A stretch of 64,000 bases of DNA from a bacterium (GTDB lineage Bacteria; UBA8248): NCBI GenBank assembly GCA_022825065.1, contig JAJDYR010000018.1, positions 33,606-97,605 on the forward strand. The letters run 5' to 3'. The position numbers and the translations under genes were made by a program. A model generated the notes under the pieces. It was not told where the DNA came from. It searched no databases and worked only from the letters and a program-made list of their open reading frames with translations. Position 1 is the first letter of the stretch. Each line of letters starts with the position of its first letter. Positions 26,081 to 36,133 of the stretch are shown here, piece after piece.

Positions 26081-27058
26081 ATGAAATTTTCTGAGATTGC
26101 GGATTCAATCGCTTCCGAGATGAAGGAAGTGGAAGAGGCGATTCACGCGAATTTCCATTCGGACGTCGTTCTGATACCCGATGTGAGTGATTACCTCATC
26201 GGCTCCGGCGGCAAGAGGATCCGGCCGATGCTCCTGGTGCTCGTCGCCAAGGCGTGCGGCTACCGGGGCTCCCGCGCCACGACGCTGGGCTGCGTGGTGG
26301 AGTACATCCACACGGCCACGCTCCTGCACGACGACGTGGTGGACGACGCGCAGATGAGGCGGGGCAACCCCTCCGCCAACGCGAAGTGGAACAACGAGAC
26401 GAGCGTGCTGGTGGGCGATTTCCTGTTCGCCAAGAGTTTCTCGCTCATGTCCGCGGACGCCGATATGCGGATCATCGAGACCATGAGCGAGGCCTGCACC
26501 CTGCTCTCCGAAGGCGAGGTGCTCCAGCTGGTCAACATGTACAACCTCAAGCTCACCGAAGAGGAATACCTCGACGTCATCTACCGCAAGACGGCGGCCC
26601 TCATCGCCGCGAGCTGCCGCGTCGGCGCCCTGATCCCCGACAGCCCGCCCACGATCACGAACGCGCTCCACCAGTTCGGCGTCCAGATCGGCTACGCTTT
26701 CCAGCTGGTCGATGACGCCCTCGATTACATGGGTGATGCGCAAAGGATCGGAAAATCCGTGGGCGAGGACCTGCGCGAGGGGAACGTGACGCTGCCTTTG
26801 CTCCGGGTCTGCGCCCAGGCAACGGAGGCGGAATTCGAGCGGTTGAACCACCTGGTGGTTCACGCGGACGAGATCCGGGCGGAGGACCTGGACGACGTTC
26901 TCGAGTTGATGAACAAGTACGGCGCGGTGGACTACACCCTCGACAGGGCGCGGGGATACGTGGAGGCGGGCAAGGCGGCGCTCTCCATTCTGCCGGATTC
27001 CTTCCATGTCGACGTATTGCGCGACGTCGCCGACTACATTGTCGATCGCGACAATTAG
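26081..27058 (+). CDS. ispB: Polyprenyl diphosphate synthase (octaprenyl/heptaprenyl-diphosphate synthase-like)
   Basis: Both aspartate-rich motifs are present (LLHDDVVDD and FQLVDDALDYMGD). Start chosen at ATG 26081 with a GGAGA RBS; the track ORF has a 30-aa upstream extension. Confidence 0.85.
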   Translation: MKFSEIADSIASEMKEVEEAIHANFHSDVVLIPDVSDYLIGSGGKRIRPMLLVLVAKACGYRGSRATTLGCVVEYIHTATLLHDDVVDDAQMRRGNPSANAKWNNETSVLVGDFLFAKSFSLMSADADMRIIETMSEACTLLSEGEVLQLVNMYNLKLTEEEYLDVIYRKTAALIAASCRVGALIPDSPPTITNALHQFGVQIGYAFQLVDDALDYMGDAQRIGKSVGEDLREGNVTLPLLRVCAQATEAEFERLNHLVVHADEIRAEDLDDVLELMNKYGAVDYTLDRARGYVEAGKAALSILPDSFHVDVLRDVADYIVDRDN

Positions 27059-27077
27059 CCTTCCGCAGGTCCGGTTC

Positions 27078-27683
27078 TTGCGACAGCTTCGGCATTTCAT
27101 TCTGGCTTCGGGCTCCCCGCGCAGAAAACGGCTGCTGGAAGGTGCAGGCCTTGTTTTCGACGTCGTCATAGCGCCCCCCGACGTGGAGGAGGAGGTCGCG
27201 CCGGGGCTCGGGGCGGAAGAGGAGGCCATGCGCCGCGCACAGGCGAAGGCGGGTTGCGTGGCGGATATGAATCCGGGCGCGCTCGTTCTCGGCGCCGATA
27301 CGGTGGTCGTCCTGGATGGGGAAATTTTGGGAAAGCCGTCGGGCCTGGACGACGCCGCGCGCATGCTGGGGTTGCTTTCGGGGCGGACGCACGAGGTGAT
27401 CACCGCGTTCACCCTCCTGGGAGCGGATTCCCGCCACGAGGAGGCGGTATCGACGAAGGTGTCCTTCAGGGAGCTTGACGAGGAGGCCATCGCGCGCTAC
27501 GCCGAGAGCGGCGAACCCATGGACAAGGCGGGTGCGTACGCGATTCAGGGGATGGGCGGGAGCCTCGTGGACAGGGTGGAGGGAAGCTACACCAACGTCG
27601 TGGGCCTGCCCGTCCCGGAAGTGTTGGATATGCTCATGAGGTGCGGCGTCGTGACGGACGCGCCTCTTCACTCGGCGATTTGA
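27078..27683 (+). CDS. maf: Maf-like nucleoside triphosphate pyrophosphatase
   Basis: ILASGSPRRKRLL ... GKP ... AGAYAIQG Maf signatures. TTG start at 27078 avoids overlap with ispB. Confidence 0.8.
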   Translation: MRQLRHFILASGSPRRKRLLEGAGLVFDVVIAPPDVEEEVAPGLGAEEEAMRRAQAKAGCVADMNPGALVLGADTVVVLDGEILGKPSGLDDAARMLGLLSGRTHEVITAFTLLGADSRHEEAVSTKVSFRELDEEAIARYAESGEPMDKAGAYAIQGMGGSLVDRVEGSYTNVVGLPVPEVLDMLMRCGVVTDAPLHSAI

Positions 27684-27697
27684 AGAAACGGAGATGA

Positions 27698-28864
27698 ATG
27701 ATGCGTCTGGCTGATCGGATGAACCTGCTCAAAACGGAAAGCGCGTTCGTGGTCCTCGCCAAGGCGAGCGAGATGGAGCGCCAGGGCCGGGACATCATCC
27801 ACCTGGAGATTGGCGATACCGATTTCGACACGCCATCGAGCATCGTCGAGGAGGCGTATGCGCAGTTAAAGGCGGGCAAGACGCACTATTGCCCCTCCGC
27901 CGGCGTGCTGGAGCTTAGGGAGGCCGCTTGCGAGTGGCTCGGGCGCGACGGGCGCGGGGAGTATTCGCCGGACGAGATCGTCGTCGGCCCGGGCGGCAAG
28001 CCGTTTCTCTACTACACCATCATGGCGACGGCGGGGCCGGGCGATGAGGTGATCTACCCGGACCCGGGCTTTCCGGTGTATGAGTCCGTGGCGCTCTATG
28101 CGGGCGCCAAGCCCGTGCCGCTGCCGATACTCGAAGAAAACAACTTCCGCTTCACGCCGGACGATCTGCGCGCGCGCGTCACCGGGAAGACCCGCCTCCT
28201 CATCCTGAACTACCCGCACAACCCCACCGGCGGGACGCTGACGAGGAACGAACTCGAAGCCATCGCGGAGATCGCGGTGGAGAACGACATCATCGTGTTG
28301 TCGGATGAAGTCTACGCCCACATGCTTTTCGAGGGCGAACACGTGTCGCTCGCCACGCTGCCGGGGATGCGCGAGCGCACCATCATGCTCGAGACGTTCT
28401 CCAAGACTTACGCCATGACCGGCTGGCGCCTGGGCTTCATCGCAGCACCTACGACGCTTGCCGACCCGCTCGCCCAGCTCATCACCAACTCGGTGAGCTG
28501 CGTGCCGCCTTTTATCCAGTTGGCGGGTGCGAAGGGGCTCCTGGAGGATCAGACGGAAAGCCGCGCCATGATGGATGACTTCAGGCGCAGGCGCGACATC
28601 TTCATCTCGGGCCTGAACGAGGTGGAAGGCATGTCCTGTCAATACCCCGACGGCGCTTTCTACGCCTTTCCCAACGTGAGCCAAATCCCCATGAGCGCCG
28701 ATGATTTCGCCGACTATCTCCTCGACGAGGTGGGCGTGGCGACGCTGCCGGGATCGGCCTTCGGTGTTCATGCGGACAATCACCTCAGGATGTGCTTCGC
28801 CAACAGCGTGGAGAATCTGGAGCGGGCCGTCGACCGCATCGCGGACGCCGTGAAGCGGCTGTGA
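27698..28864 (+). CDS. Class I/II pyridoxal-phosphate aminotransferase (aspartate aminotransferase family)
   Basis: 388 aa with NYPHNPTG and the SFSKTYAMTGWRLG PLP-lysine region. Confidence 0.85.
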   Translation: MMRLADRMNLLKTESAFVVLAKASEMERQGRDIIHLEIGDTDFDTPSSIVEEAYAQLKAGKTHYCPSAGVLELREAACEWLGRDGRGEYSPDEIVVGPGGKPFLYYTIMATAGPGDEVIYPDPGFPVYESVALYAGAKPVPLPILEENNFRFTPDDLRARVTGKTRLLILNYPHNPTGGTLTRNELEAIAEIAVENDIIVLSDEVYAHMLFEGEHVSLATLPGMRERTIMLETFSKTYAMTGWRLGFIAAPTTLADPLAQLITNSVSCVPPFIQLAGAKGLLEDQTESRAMMDDFRRRRDIFISGLNEVEGMSCQYPDGAFYAFPNVSQIPMSADDFADYLLDEVGVATLPGSAFGVHADNHLRMCFANSVENLERAVDRIADAVKRL

Positions 28865-28866
28865 AG

Positions 28867-29865
28867 ATGAACGGCAAGGAGCTCCCGCGCGTATTCCTCT
28901 CCCGAAGATTCCCGCCGCATCATTTCGAAGAGTTGAAGCAATCCACCGAATTCATCATGCACGGGAGAGACGTGAAGCCGACTCCGGCCGGCTACAGGCG
29001 CGCCGTGCGCCGCGCGGACGTTCTCATCTCGATGGTGGGAGACGAGATAGACGCCGGTTTCCTGGACGCCGCGCCCCGCCTCAAGCTGGTCGCCAACTGC
29101 GGGGTCGGCTTCAACAATCTCGATTTGGAAGAGATCACGGGGCGGGGAATCCTGGCCACGAACACGCCCGGCGTCGTCACGGAGCCGACGGCGGAATGCG
29201 CCATGGCGCTTCTGCTCGCGGTATGCAGGCGGGTGGCGGAGGCGGATTCGTACATCAGAACGGGGCGATGGAAGGGCTGGACGCCCACGCTGCTGGAGGG
29301 CCGGGGCCTGAACGGCCGGGTTCTCGGGATCGTCGGCCTGGGGCGCATCGGCTGCGCCGTCGCGCGCATGGCGAACGCGTTCGGCATGAGGGTCCGTTAC
29401 TGGAGCCGGAACAGGAAAAGCCGCGAAATGGAGAAAGAAACGGGCGTCTCCTACCGCGCATTCGGCAGGCTGCTGCGCGAGTCCGATTTCCTGAGCGTGC
29501 ATTTGGCCCTGAACGAAGAGACGCGCCATCTTTTGGGTGCTGCGGAGTTCGCCCGCATGAAGGAGGGGGCCGTGGTCATCAACACCGCCCGTGGCCCGAT
29601 TCTGGACGAGAAGGCCCTGGTCGCGGCGCTCCGCTCGGGCCGCCTGGGCGGAGCCGGGCTGGACGTGTTCGAGGATGAACCCAGGCCGCACCCGGGGCTT
29701 CTCAGGATGAAGAACGTCGTCATGATGCCGCACCTGGGCACGAACACCGACCTGGGCCGGGACGCGGTGTCGGATCGCGTGGAGAGAAACGTGAAGGCCT
29801 ATCTAATGGGCAGGCGTCCTCCCGATTTGCTGAACCCCGAAGCTTGGCCCCACAGGAGGCGCTGA
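28867..29865 (+). CDS. D-2-hydroxyacid dehydrogenase (glyoxylate/hydroxypyruvate reductase-like)
   Basis: NAD-binding GIVGLGRIG and the catalytic His region. Start at MNGKELPRVFL (28867), directly after the aminotransferase stop. Confidence 0.85.
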   Translation: MNGKELPRVFLSRRFPPHHFEELKQSTEFIMHGRDVKPTPAGYRRAVRRADVLISMVGDEIDAGFLDAAPRLKLVANCGVGFNNLDLEEITGRGILATNTPGVVTEPTAECAMALLLAVCRRVAEADSYIRTGRWKGWTPTLLEGRGLNGRVLGIVGLGRIGCAVARMANAFGMRVRYWSRNRKSREMEKETGVSYRAFGRLLRESDFLSVHLALNEETRHLLGAAEFARMKEGAVVINTARGPILDEKALVAALRSGRLGGAGLDVFEDEPRPHPGLLRMKNVVMMPHLGTNTDLGRDAVSDRVERNVKAYLMGRRPPDLLNPEAWPHRRR

Positions 29866-31880
29866 TGCCGGGACGCGCGAGAAAGACGCTTCGGATCGGC
29901 GTCGACACCGGCGGTACCTTCACGGATTTCATCTCGTTCGACGGCGCTGCGGTGAGAGTCCACAAGGTGCCCTCCACGCCCGATGCGCCCGAGCGCGCCA
30001 TCCTGCAGGGGCTGGAGGAGATACTGGAGGGCCGCGGCCTCGCGCTGGACATCACCCACGGCTCCACCGTGGCGACGAACGCCCTCCTCACCCGCCGGGG
30101 CGCCAGGACCGCCCTCGTCACGACGGCCGGTTTCGAGGACCTGATCGAGATCGGCCGCCAGAACCGGAAAGAACTCTACAACCTCGCGTACCGCAAGCCG
30201 CCAGCGCTCGTGCCGAGAGAGCTCAGGATGGGCGTGGCGGAGCGCCTCGATGAAAAAGGCGGCGAACTCCTCCGCCTCAAGCCTTCGGACGTGAGGGCGC
30301 TGAGAGGAAAACTTAAAGAAGCGGGCGTCGAGTCCGTCGCCATCTGCCTGCTCCATTCTTACGCGAACCCCGCGCATGAACAGAAGGTGGCCGATGCGGT
30401 CCGCCGGAGCGGCATCCACGTGTCGATGTCCAGCCAGGTGCTGCCCGAGTTCCGGGAATACGAGCGGATGAGCACGACGTGCGTGAACGCCTACGTGTCG
30501 CCCATGATGAACAGGTATCTCAAGGATTTGGAATCGCGTCTCGATTCGGGCCGCTTGCGGGTCATGCAGAGCAACGGCGGCGTCATCTCGAGCACGATGG
30601 CGGGCGAGGAGGCCATACGGACGATTCTTTCAGGCCCCGCCGGCGGCGTCGTGGGCGCCTATGAGGTGGCGAAACGGGCGGGGTTCGAGAGCGCCATCGC
30701 GTTCGACATGGGGGGGACGAGTACGGACGTCTCCCTGCTGCACGGCGGGGTCGGCTTCACGGCGGAGACCGAGGTGGCCGGCTGCCCGATCCGCGTTCCC
30801 CTCATCGACATCCACACGGTGGGCGCGGGCGGCGGCTCCATCGCCCGTGTCGATCCGGGGGGCGCGCTGGCCGTCGGGCCTGAGAGCGCGGGCGCAGACC
30901 CCGGTCCGATATGCTACGGCAAGGGGGATCAGGTGACCGTCACGGACGCGAACCTCTTTCTCGGTCGCCTCGACCCCGAACAGTTCCTGGGCGGCAGGAT
31001 GGCGCTCGACATGGAGCCGGTGAAGGCCGGGGTCGCGCGTCTGGCCAAAACCCTGCGGCTCGACGACCGGCAGGCGGCCGAGGGCGTGGTCCGCGTCGCC
31101 AACCAGCACATGGCGGGCGCGATCCGCCTCATCAGCGTGGAGCGGGGCCACGACCCGCGCCAGTTCGCCCTCATCTCCTTCGGCGGCGCGGGGGCGATGC
31201 ACGCCTGCTCGCTGGCGGAGATTCTGGGGATTCCGGGCGTCGTCGTACCCAATGATCCGGGAATTCTCTCCGCACGTGGCATGCTGACGGCCGACGTGGT
31301 GAAAGACTACGCCCGGACGGTCCTGCTGCCGCTTGCGGGCTTGAACAAGAAAACGCTCGCGAGCCACTTTGCCCCCTTGCTCCAAAAAGGCCGGGAAGAT
31401 CTCAAGTTCGAGGGATTCGCAAAGCCCGCCTTTTCGCTCTTCATCGACATGCGCTATCTCGGGCAATCGTATGAACTGACGCTCCCCTATCAACCCGAGA
31501 CGGGCGTGGACTTGCGCGAGAGCCTCCGGGCGGCATTCGATGCGTTGCACGATGAGCGCTTCGGCACCGCAAGCCCCGAGAGCGCGGTGGAGGTCGTGAC
31601 GCTGAGGGTGCGGGGCGTGGGGGAGGTGGAGCGCCCGCCCGCGAGGCGGCTTCCCAAGGCCCGAAAGAGCGTTTCCCGTGCGCTCATGGGAAGCCGGAAA
31701 ATGGTTTTTTGGGGAAAACAAATCGAGGGCTCGGTTTACATGCGAGAAAAATTTTCCCGCGGGAATCGCTTCAAGGGCCCGGCGCTGGTGTGTGAGTTCA
31801 GCGCGACGACGGTCGTCCCGCCGGGCTGGGAATGCCGGGTGGACGAGTGGGGCAATCTCGTGTTGAAGAACCTGGGCTGA
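29865..31880 (+). CDS. Hydantoinase/oxoprolinase family protein, A subunit (HyuA-like)
   Basis: N-terminal IGVDTGGTFTDFI and the hydantoinase A core. ATG at 29865 overlaps the upstream stop (ATGA). Confidence 0.85.
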   Translation: MPGRARKTLRIGVDTGGTFTDFISFDGAAVRVHKVPSTPDAPERAILQGLEEILEGRGLALDITHGSTVATNALLTRRGARTALVTTAGFEDLIEIGRQNRKELYNLAYRKPPALVPRELRMGVAERLDEKGGELLRLKPSDVRALRGKLKEAGVESVAICLLHSYANPAHEQKVADAVRRSGIHVSMSSQVLPEFREYERMSTTCVNAYVSPMMNRYLKDLESRLDSGRLRVMQSNGGVISSTMAGEEAIRTILSGPAGGVVGAYEVAKRAGFESAIAFDMGGTSTDVSLLHGGVGFTAETEVAGCPIRVPLIDIHTVGAGGGSIARVDPGGALAVGPESAGADPGPICYGKGDQVTVTDANLFLGRLDPEQFLGGRMALDMEPVKAGVARLAKTLRLDDRQAAEGVVRVANQHMAGAIRLISVERGHDPRQFALISFGGAGAMHACSLAEILGIPGVVVPNDPGILSARGMLTADVVKDYARTVLLPLAGLNKKTLASHFAPLLQKGREDLKFEGFAKPAFSLFIDMRYLGQSYELTLPYQPETGVDLRESLRAAFDALHDERFGTASPESAVEVVTLRVRGVGEVERPPARRLPKARKSVSRALMGSRKMVFWGKQIEGSVYMREKFSRGNRFKGPALVCEFSATTVVPPGWECRVDEWGNLVLKNLG

Positions 31881-31889
31881 GAGGACGCG

Positions 31890-33482
31890 ATGGCGAATAC
31901 TTACGATCCGATACTCCTGGAAGTTTTCCGCAACCTGTTGTTCGCGGCCTCGGAAGAGATGGGCGTGGCGCTGTGCCGCTCCTCGTTCTCCCCCAACATC
32001 AAGGAGCGGAAGGATTATTCGTGCGCCGTCTTCGACGCAGAGGGCCGGATGGCGGCGCAGGCGGCGCATCTGCCCGCCCATCTGGGCTCCATGCCGATGT
32101 CGGTGGAATACGTTATCGAGCGGATGACGCTCGATCCGGGCGACGTGGTCGTGCTGAACGACCCCTTCCACGGGGGGAACCATCTGCCGGACATCACCAT
32201 GATCTCGCCCGTGTACGGGGAGGAGCGGGGAAAAGAACGGCTTATCTATTACGTCGCCAACCGGGCGCACCATGCCGACGTGGGCGGCATCGCGCCGGGT
32301 TCGATGAGCATCACGACGGAGATATTCCAGGACGGCGTGGTGATTCCGCCGGTGAGGCTCGTGCGCGCGGAGGAGATGCAGGAAGACGTCTTCGCGCTCA
32401 TCCTCGCGAACGTGCGCACGGCCGAGGAGCGCAGGGGAGACATCGCCGCGCAGGTCGCGGCGAACCGCGTGGGCGAGCGGCGGATACTGGAGATCATCGA
32501 GCGCCACGGCCTGGCCGAGACGCTGCGCTACACGGCCGAGCTGCAAAGATACTCCGAGCGGCTCACCAAGGCCGTGATTCAGGACATACCCGACGGGCGG
32601 TATGGTTTCGAGGACTACATGGACGATGACGGCTTCGGCAGCGGCCCTGTGCCGATACGGGTGGAGATCACGGTGCGCGGTTCGAAGATGCGCGTGGATT
32701 ACACCGGCTCCGCGCCGCAGACCCAGGGCAGCGTGAACGCGGTGGAGTCCATCGCCCGCACGGCGGCCTACTACGCCCTGCGCTGTCTGGTGCCCTACGA
32801 CATCCCGAACAATTCGGGCTGCATGGACCCCATCGAGGTGGTGGCGCCGTCCGGAACCGTGGTGAACGCCGAGTTTCCCGCCGCCGTCGCGGGCGGAAAC
32901 GTGGAGACGAGCCAGAGAATGGTGGACGTGATATTAGGCGCGCTCGCGAAAGCCTGTCCCGGCAAGATACCCGCCGCCTCGTGCGGCACGATGAACAACC
33001 TGACGGTGGGGGGTCTGGATCACCGCGCGGGCCCCCGGCAGGGCCGCCCCTACGCCTATTATGAGACCACGGGCGGCGGCATGGGCGGCGGCCCCTGGGG
33101 CGACGGGGAAGACGCCATCCACACCCATCTGACCAACACCCTGAACACGCCCATAGAAGCGCTTGAACACGCCTATCCGTTCCGCGTGAGCCGCTACACC
33201 GTCCGCCGGGGCAGCGGCGGCGGGGGGAAGCACCGCGGCGGCGACGGCATCATCCGCGAGATCGAACTCCTGGGCGACGCCACCGTCTCGTTCATGACGG
33301 AGCGGCGCGAGAGGCCTCCCTGGCCTCTGAACGGCGGGGAACCCGGCACGAAGGGCAGGAACCTCCTCATCAGCGGGGGTGAGGAAACGCAATTCTCCGG
33401 CAAGGCCCGCCTCTCGGCGAAGCGCGGAGACAGGATACGCCTGGAGACGCCCGGCGGCGGCGGTTGGGGAAAGAAGGATTGA
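31890..33482 (+). CDS. Hydantoinase/oxoprolinase family protein, B subunit (HyuB-like)
   Basis: 530 aa with hydantoinase B family signatures (DPFHGGNHLPDIT, GGGGWGKKD C-terminus). Confidence 0.85.
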   Translation: MANTYDPILLEVFRNLLFAASEEMGVALCRSSFSPNIKERKDYSCAVFDAEGRMAAQAAHLPAHLGSMPMSVEYVIERMTLDPGDVVVLNDPFHGGNHLPDITMISPVYGEERGKERLIYYVANRAHHADVGGIAPGSMSITTEIFQDGVVIPPVRLVRAEEMQEDVFALILANVRTAEERRGDIAAQVAANRVGERRILEIIERHGLAETLRYTAELQRYSERLTKAVIQDIPDGRYGFEDYMDDDGFGSGPVPIRVEITVRGSKMRVDYTGSAPQTQGSVNAVESIARTAAYYALRCLVPYDIPNNSGCMDPIEVVAPSGTVVNAEFPAAVAGGNVETSQRMVDVILGALAKACPGKIPAASCGTMNNLTVGGLDHRAGPRQGRPYAYYETTGGGMGGGPWGDGEDAIHTHLTNTLNTPIEALEHAYPFRVSRYTVRRGSGGGGKHRGGDGIIREIELLGDATVSFMTERRERPPWPLNGGEPGTKGRNLLISGGEETQFSGKARLSAKRGDRIRLETPGGGGWGKKD

Positions 33483-33527
33483 GCGGGTTTCTCCCCTTCG
33501 GGGTTGTTGGAAAAGTCTCCCTTGTCT

Positions 33528-33680
33528 GGGGATAAAGGCAACCCCCCCTACCCCCCCTTGTCAGGGGGGTCTTTTTTTGTTCCCCCCTGTCGGGGGGACT
33601 TTTTTTCTTTTACCCCCTTCGTCGGGGTGTTGCTTTTTTATACCCCCCTGACAAGGGGGGTAGGGGGGGTTGGTTTTCAA
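33528..33680. repeat. MITE-like inverted-repeat element, copy F (variant spacer shared with copy I)
   Basis: gataaaggcaaccccccctacccccccttgtcagggggg ... cccccctgacaagggggggtagggggggttggttttc. Confidence 0.8.
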
Positions 33681-33736
33681 GGCGAGAGGGCATCCTTCGA
33701 TACGGCGCTTGCGCGCCTACTCAGGATGAGGTGGAT

Positions 33737-33781
33737 AGGGTTTTTTCAACAACCCCCTTGCCGGGGGGCTGTTGAAAAACC
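33737..33781. repeat. Small palindrome tttttcaacaaccccc-ttgcc-gggggctgttgaaaaa
   Basis: Inverted repeat read directly. Partial copies of the gttgttgaaaaa motif occur at 13945, 19668 and 40253. Confidence 0.4.
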
Positions 33782-33999
33782 CTACTCCGACCCTCACGAA
33801 CTGAACGAGATCGCTCTGTAGGGGCCGCATATTATGCGGCCCTGCCTTTTACCGACAAAACACGGGACCGTCCCCTGCAATTCAGGTGGCACCCCGCCGG
33901 CATGACGACAGTGGGTCATCTCGAGAAGTTGAAAAATAGTAACGTATAAGTTACCTTTATCGAATGATCGAGATACCGCATACACGAGGAGAACTAACC

Positions 34000-34317
34000 A
34001 TGCCACTCACGCGGGATTTCAGGGAAACGATTCAGGCAAGGGTTCAGCGCGACCCGGCCTTCCGGGAGGAGTTGTTGAAAGAAGGAGTCGAATCCCTCCT
34101 CTCGGGCGAGATGGAAGTCGGCAAGGCGGCCCTGCGCGATTTCATCAACGCGACGGTGGGCTTCGAGACCCTGGGTTCTCTCACAGGGAAATCACCCAAG
34201 AGCCTCATGCGCATGTTCGGGCCCGATGGCAATCCACAGGCCAGGAACCTCTTCGACGTCATCGCCCGGCTCCAGGAAAGCGAGGGGCTCAGGCTCGAAG
34301 TGCGCGCGGTTCGTTAG
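34000..34317 (+). CDS. Putative addiction-module antidote protein (HTH antitoxin of the RelE/ParE-like killer family), apparently orphan
   Basis: MPLTRDFRETIQARVQRDPAFREELLKEGVESLLSGEMEVGKAALRDFINATVGFETLGSLTGKSPKSLMRMF...VRAVR follows the conserved pattern of this antidote family. No toxin-sized ORF lies upstream; only REP units at 33822-33848 do. Confidence 0.6.
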   Translation: MPLTRDFRETIQARVQRDPAFREELLKEGVESLLSGEMEVGKAALRDFINATVGFETLGSLTGKSPKSLMRMFGPDGNPQARNLFDVIARLQESEGLRLEVRAVR

Positions 34318-34387
34318 ATTTTATGGGCGACCACAGGGGTGGCGGACATATATGTCTGACCGTGTATCCGCCCGCTCTTGCTGGAAA

Positions 34388-34540
34388 GGCAACCCCCCTC
34401 TTGTCTGAGGATAAAGGCAACCCCCCCTACCCCCCCTTAACAGGGGGGCAAAAAATGCAAAGCCCCCTCAGCCCGGCGAAGGCGCATCGCCTTTTTATAC
34501 CCCCCTGACAAGGGGGGGTAGGGGGGGTTGCCTTTCAAGA
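34388..34540. repeat. MITE-like inverted-repeat element, copy G
   Basis: Left-arm partial duplication (ggaaaggcaacccccctcttgtctgaggataaaggcaaccccccctaccccccc) and the canonical right arm. Confidence 0.8.
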
Positions 34541-34690
34541 CAGGCCGCGAAATTCCCCGAAGCGATTTTGCTCTCCGGCCTTTTCTTTTATAAGATGCCC
34601 CTATGTAGGATGAAATTTCATTTTACACGCGGCTGTGCCCCTCGATCCGGGCCGGCCTTTCTTTGTTGATGCGCATGGGAGGAGCGTCCG

Positions 34691-35608
34691 ATGCCGGGTG
34701 AGCGATTCGTCTATCTCAACGGTGAGATCATGGAGGAGAGCAGCGCCAGGATATCGCCCTTCGATCGCGGCTTCCTCTGGGGCGACGGGGTGTATGAGGT
34801 CACGCCCTGTTTCGATGGAAAGCTCTACCGGCTCGACGATCATCTCGACCGCATCTATCGCTCGCTCAAGTATGTGCGTATCGACGTAGGATTAAGCCAG
34901 GAGGAAATGAAGCAGGCGACGCTGGCCACCCTGGAGTCGAACCTGTGCCGTCTGGAAGAAGGCGCCATGTACCGCGTCGGCCACTGGGTGACGCGCGGTG
35001 CTGATGACCCCTCCATGACGGCGGGCGCGGCGGGGCCCGCTTCGGTCTTTATCTTCTGGCGGCCCGTGAACGTCGCGTCATTCGCGGAGCGGTACCTGAA
35101 CGGCGTGCGCCTGGCGATTACGCCCACGAGGCGCAACCCGCCCGAGTGCATCGAGACCAGAGCGAAGGTGACGAGCAAGATGAACCAGATCCTGGCGGAG
35201 CTGGACGCCGCCGCATCCGGTTCCCTATCCCTGATGCTCGACATTCGGGGGAACGTGGCGGAGAACTCGTCCGCCAATTTCTTCATGGTGAAAGACGGCG
35301 CGCTCTGGACGCCGCATGAGCGGAACATTTTGCAGGGGGTGACCCGCATCGCGGTTTTCGAACTGGCCGCGCGCCTGGGGATCGCCGTCGAGGAAAGGGA
35401 CATAACGACGTACGACCTGGCGCAGGCGGAGGAGTACTTCATCACCTCGAGCGCGATCTGCGCCATGCCGGTGAGCGAGATCGACAGCTTCCAGCCGAGC
35501 GCGCCGGTTCCGGGACCGGTCACGAAGCGCCTCATCGAGGCGTTCGTGGAGGATACCGGGTATGATTTTCGTGAACATGTGAAGGAACAAATAGCTGAAG
35601 GCGCCTGA
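34691..35608 (+). CDS. Class IV aminotransferase (branched-chain/D-amino-acid aminotransferase family)
   Basis: 305 aa with fold-type IV PLP enzyme features (FDRGFLWGDGVYEV, ETRAKVTSKMNQILA). Confidence 0.8.
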   Translation: MPGERFVYLNGEIMEESSARISPFDRGFLWGDGVYEVTPCFDGKLYRLDDHLDRIYRSLKYVRIDVGLSQEEMKQATLATLESNLCRLEEGAMYRVGHWVTRGADDPSMTAGAAGPASVFIFWRPVNVASFAERYLNGVRLAITPTRRNPPECIETRAKVTSKMNQILAELDAAASGSLSLMLDIRGNVAENSSANFFMVKDGALWTPHERNILQGVTRIAVFELAARLGIAVEERDITTYDLAQAEEYFITSSAICAMPVSEIDSFQPSAPVPGPVTKRLIEAFVEDTGYDFREHVKEQIAEGA

Positions 35609-35648
35609 GGCGCGTTTTTCGATTATTTCAACGCCGGATGAGGAAGAA

Positions 35649-36128
35649 ATGCCGTATTACATCACCAAAGCGAGCCTCGAGGGGCTGCGACAGAAGGTCG
35701 AACAGATTCAGTACCGCCTGAAACATGAGGTGTCGAAAGAGATCGGCAGGGCGGCGAGCCTGGGCGATCTGAGCGAGAACGCCGAGTGGGAGGCGGCCAT
35801 CGAGCTGCAGGGCAACCTCAAGAACGAGGTGAGCCGGATCATGGACAAGATACGCGAGGCGAGCGTCATCGAGGAACTCCCCATCGCCGGCGACAGGGTC
35901 ACCATCGGCACGAAAGTCACGCTCTTCGACCTGGACAAGAACGAAGAGCTGACCTACGAGATACTGGGCGAGGAGGAAAGTGACCTCCCCAACGGGGTCA
36001 TCTCCTTCAGCGCGCCGCTCTCGCGCGGGCTCATGCAGAAAGAACCGGGCGATGAGGTGGCGGTTCAGTTGCCCGGCGGCGTGAGAAATTTCGAGATCGT
36101 GGACGTCGTAAAAATCGAATTTCCCTGA
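35649..36128 (+). CDS. greA: Transcription elongation factor GreA
   Basis: N-terminal coiled-coil (SLGDLSENAEWEAAIE) and C-terminal FKBP-like domain; 159 aa. Confidence 0.85.
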   Translation: MPYYITKASLEGLRQKVEQIQYRLKHEVSKEIGRAASLGDLSENAEWEAAIELQGNLKNEVSRIMDKIREASVIEELPIAGDRVTIGTKVTLFDLDKNEELTYEILGEEESDLPNGVISFSAPLSRGLMQKEPGDEVAVQLPGGVRNFEIVDVVKIEFP

Positions 36129-36133
36129 TTCTC

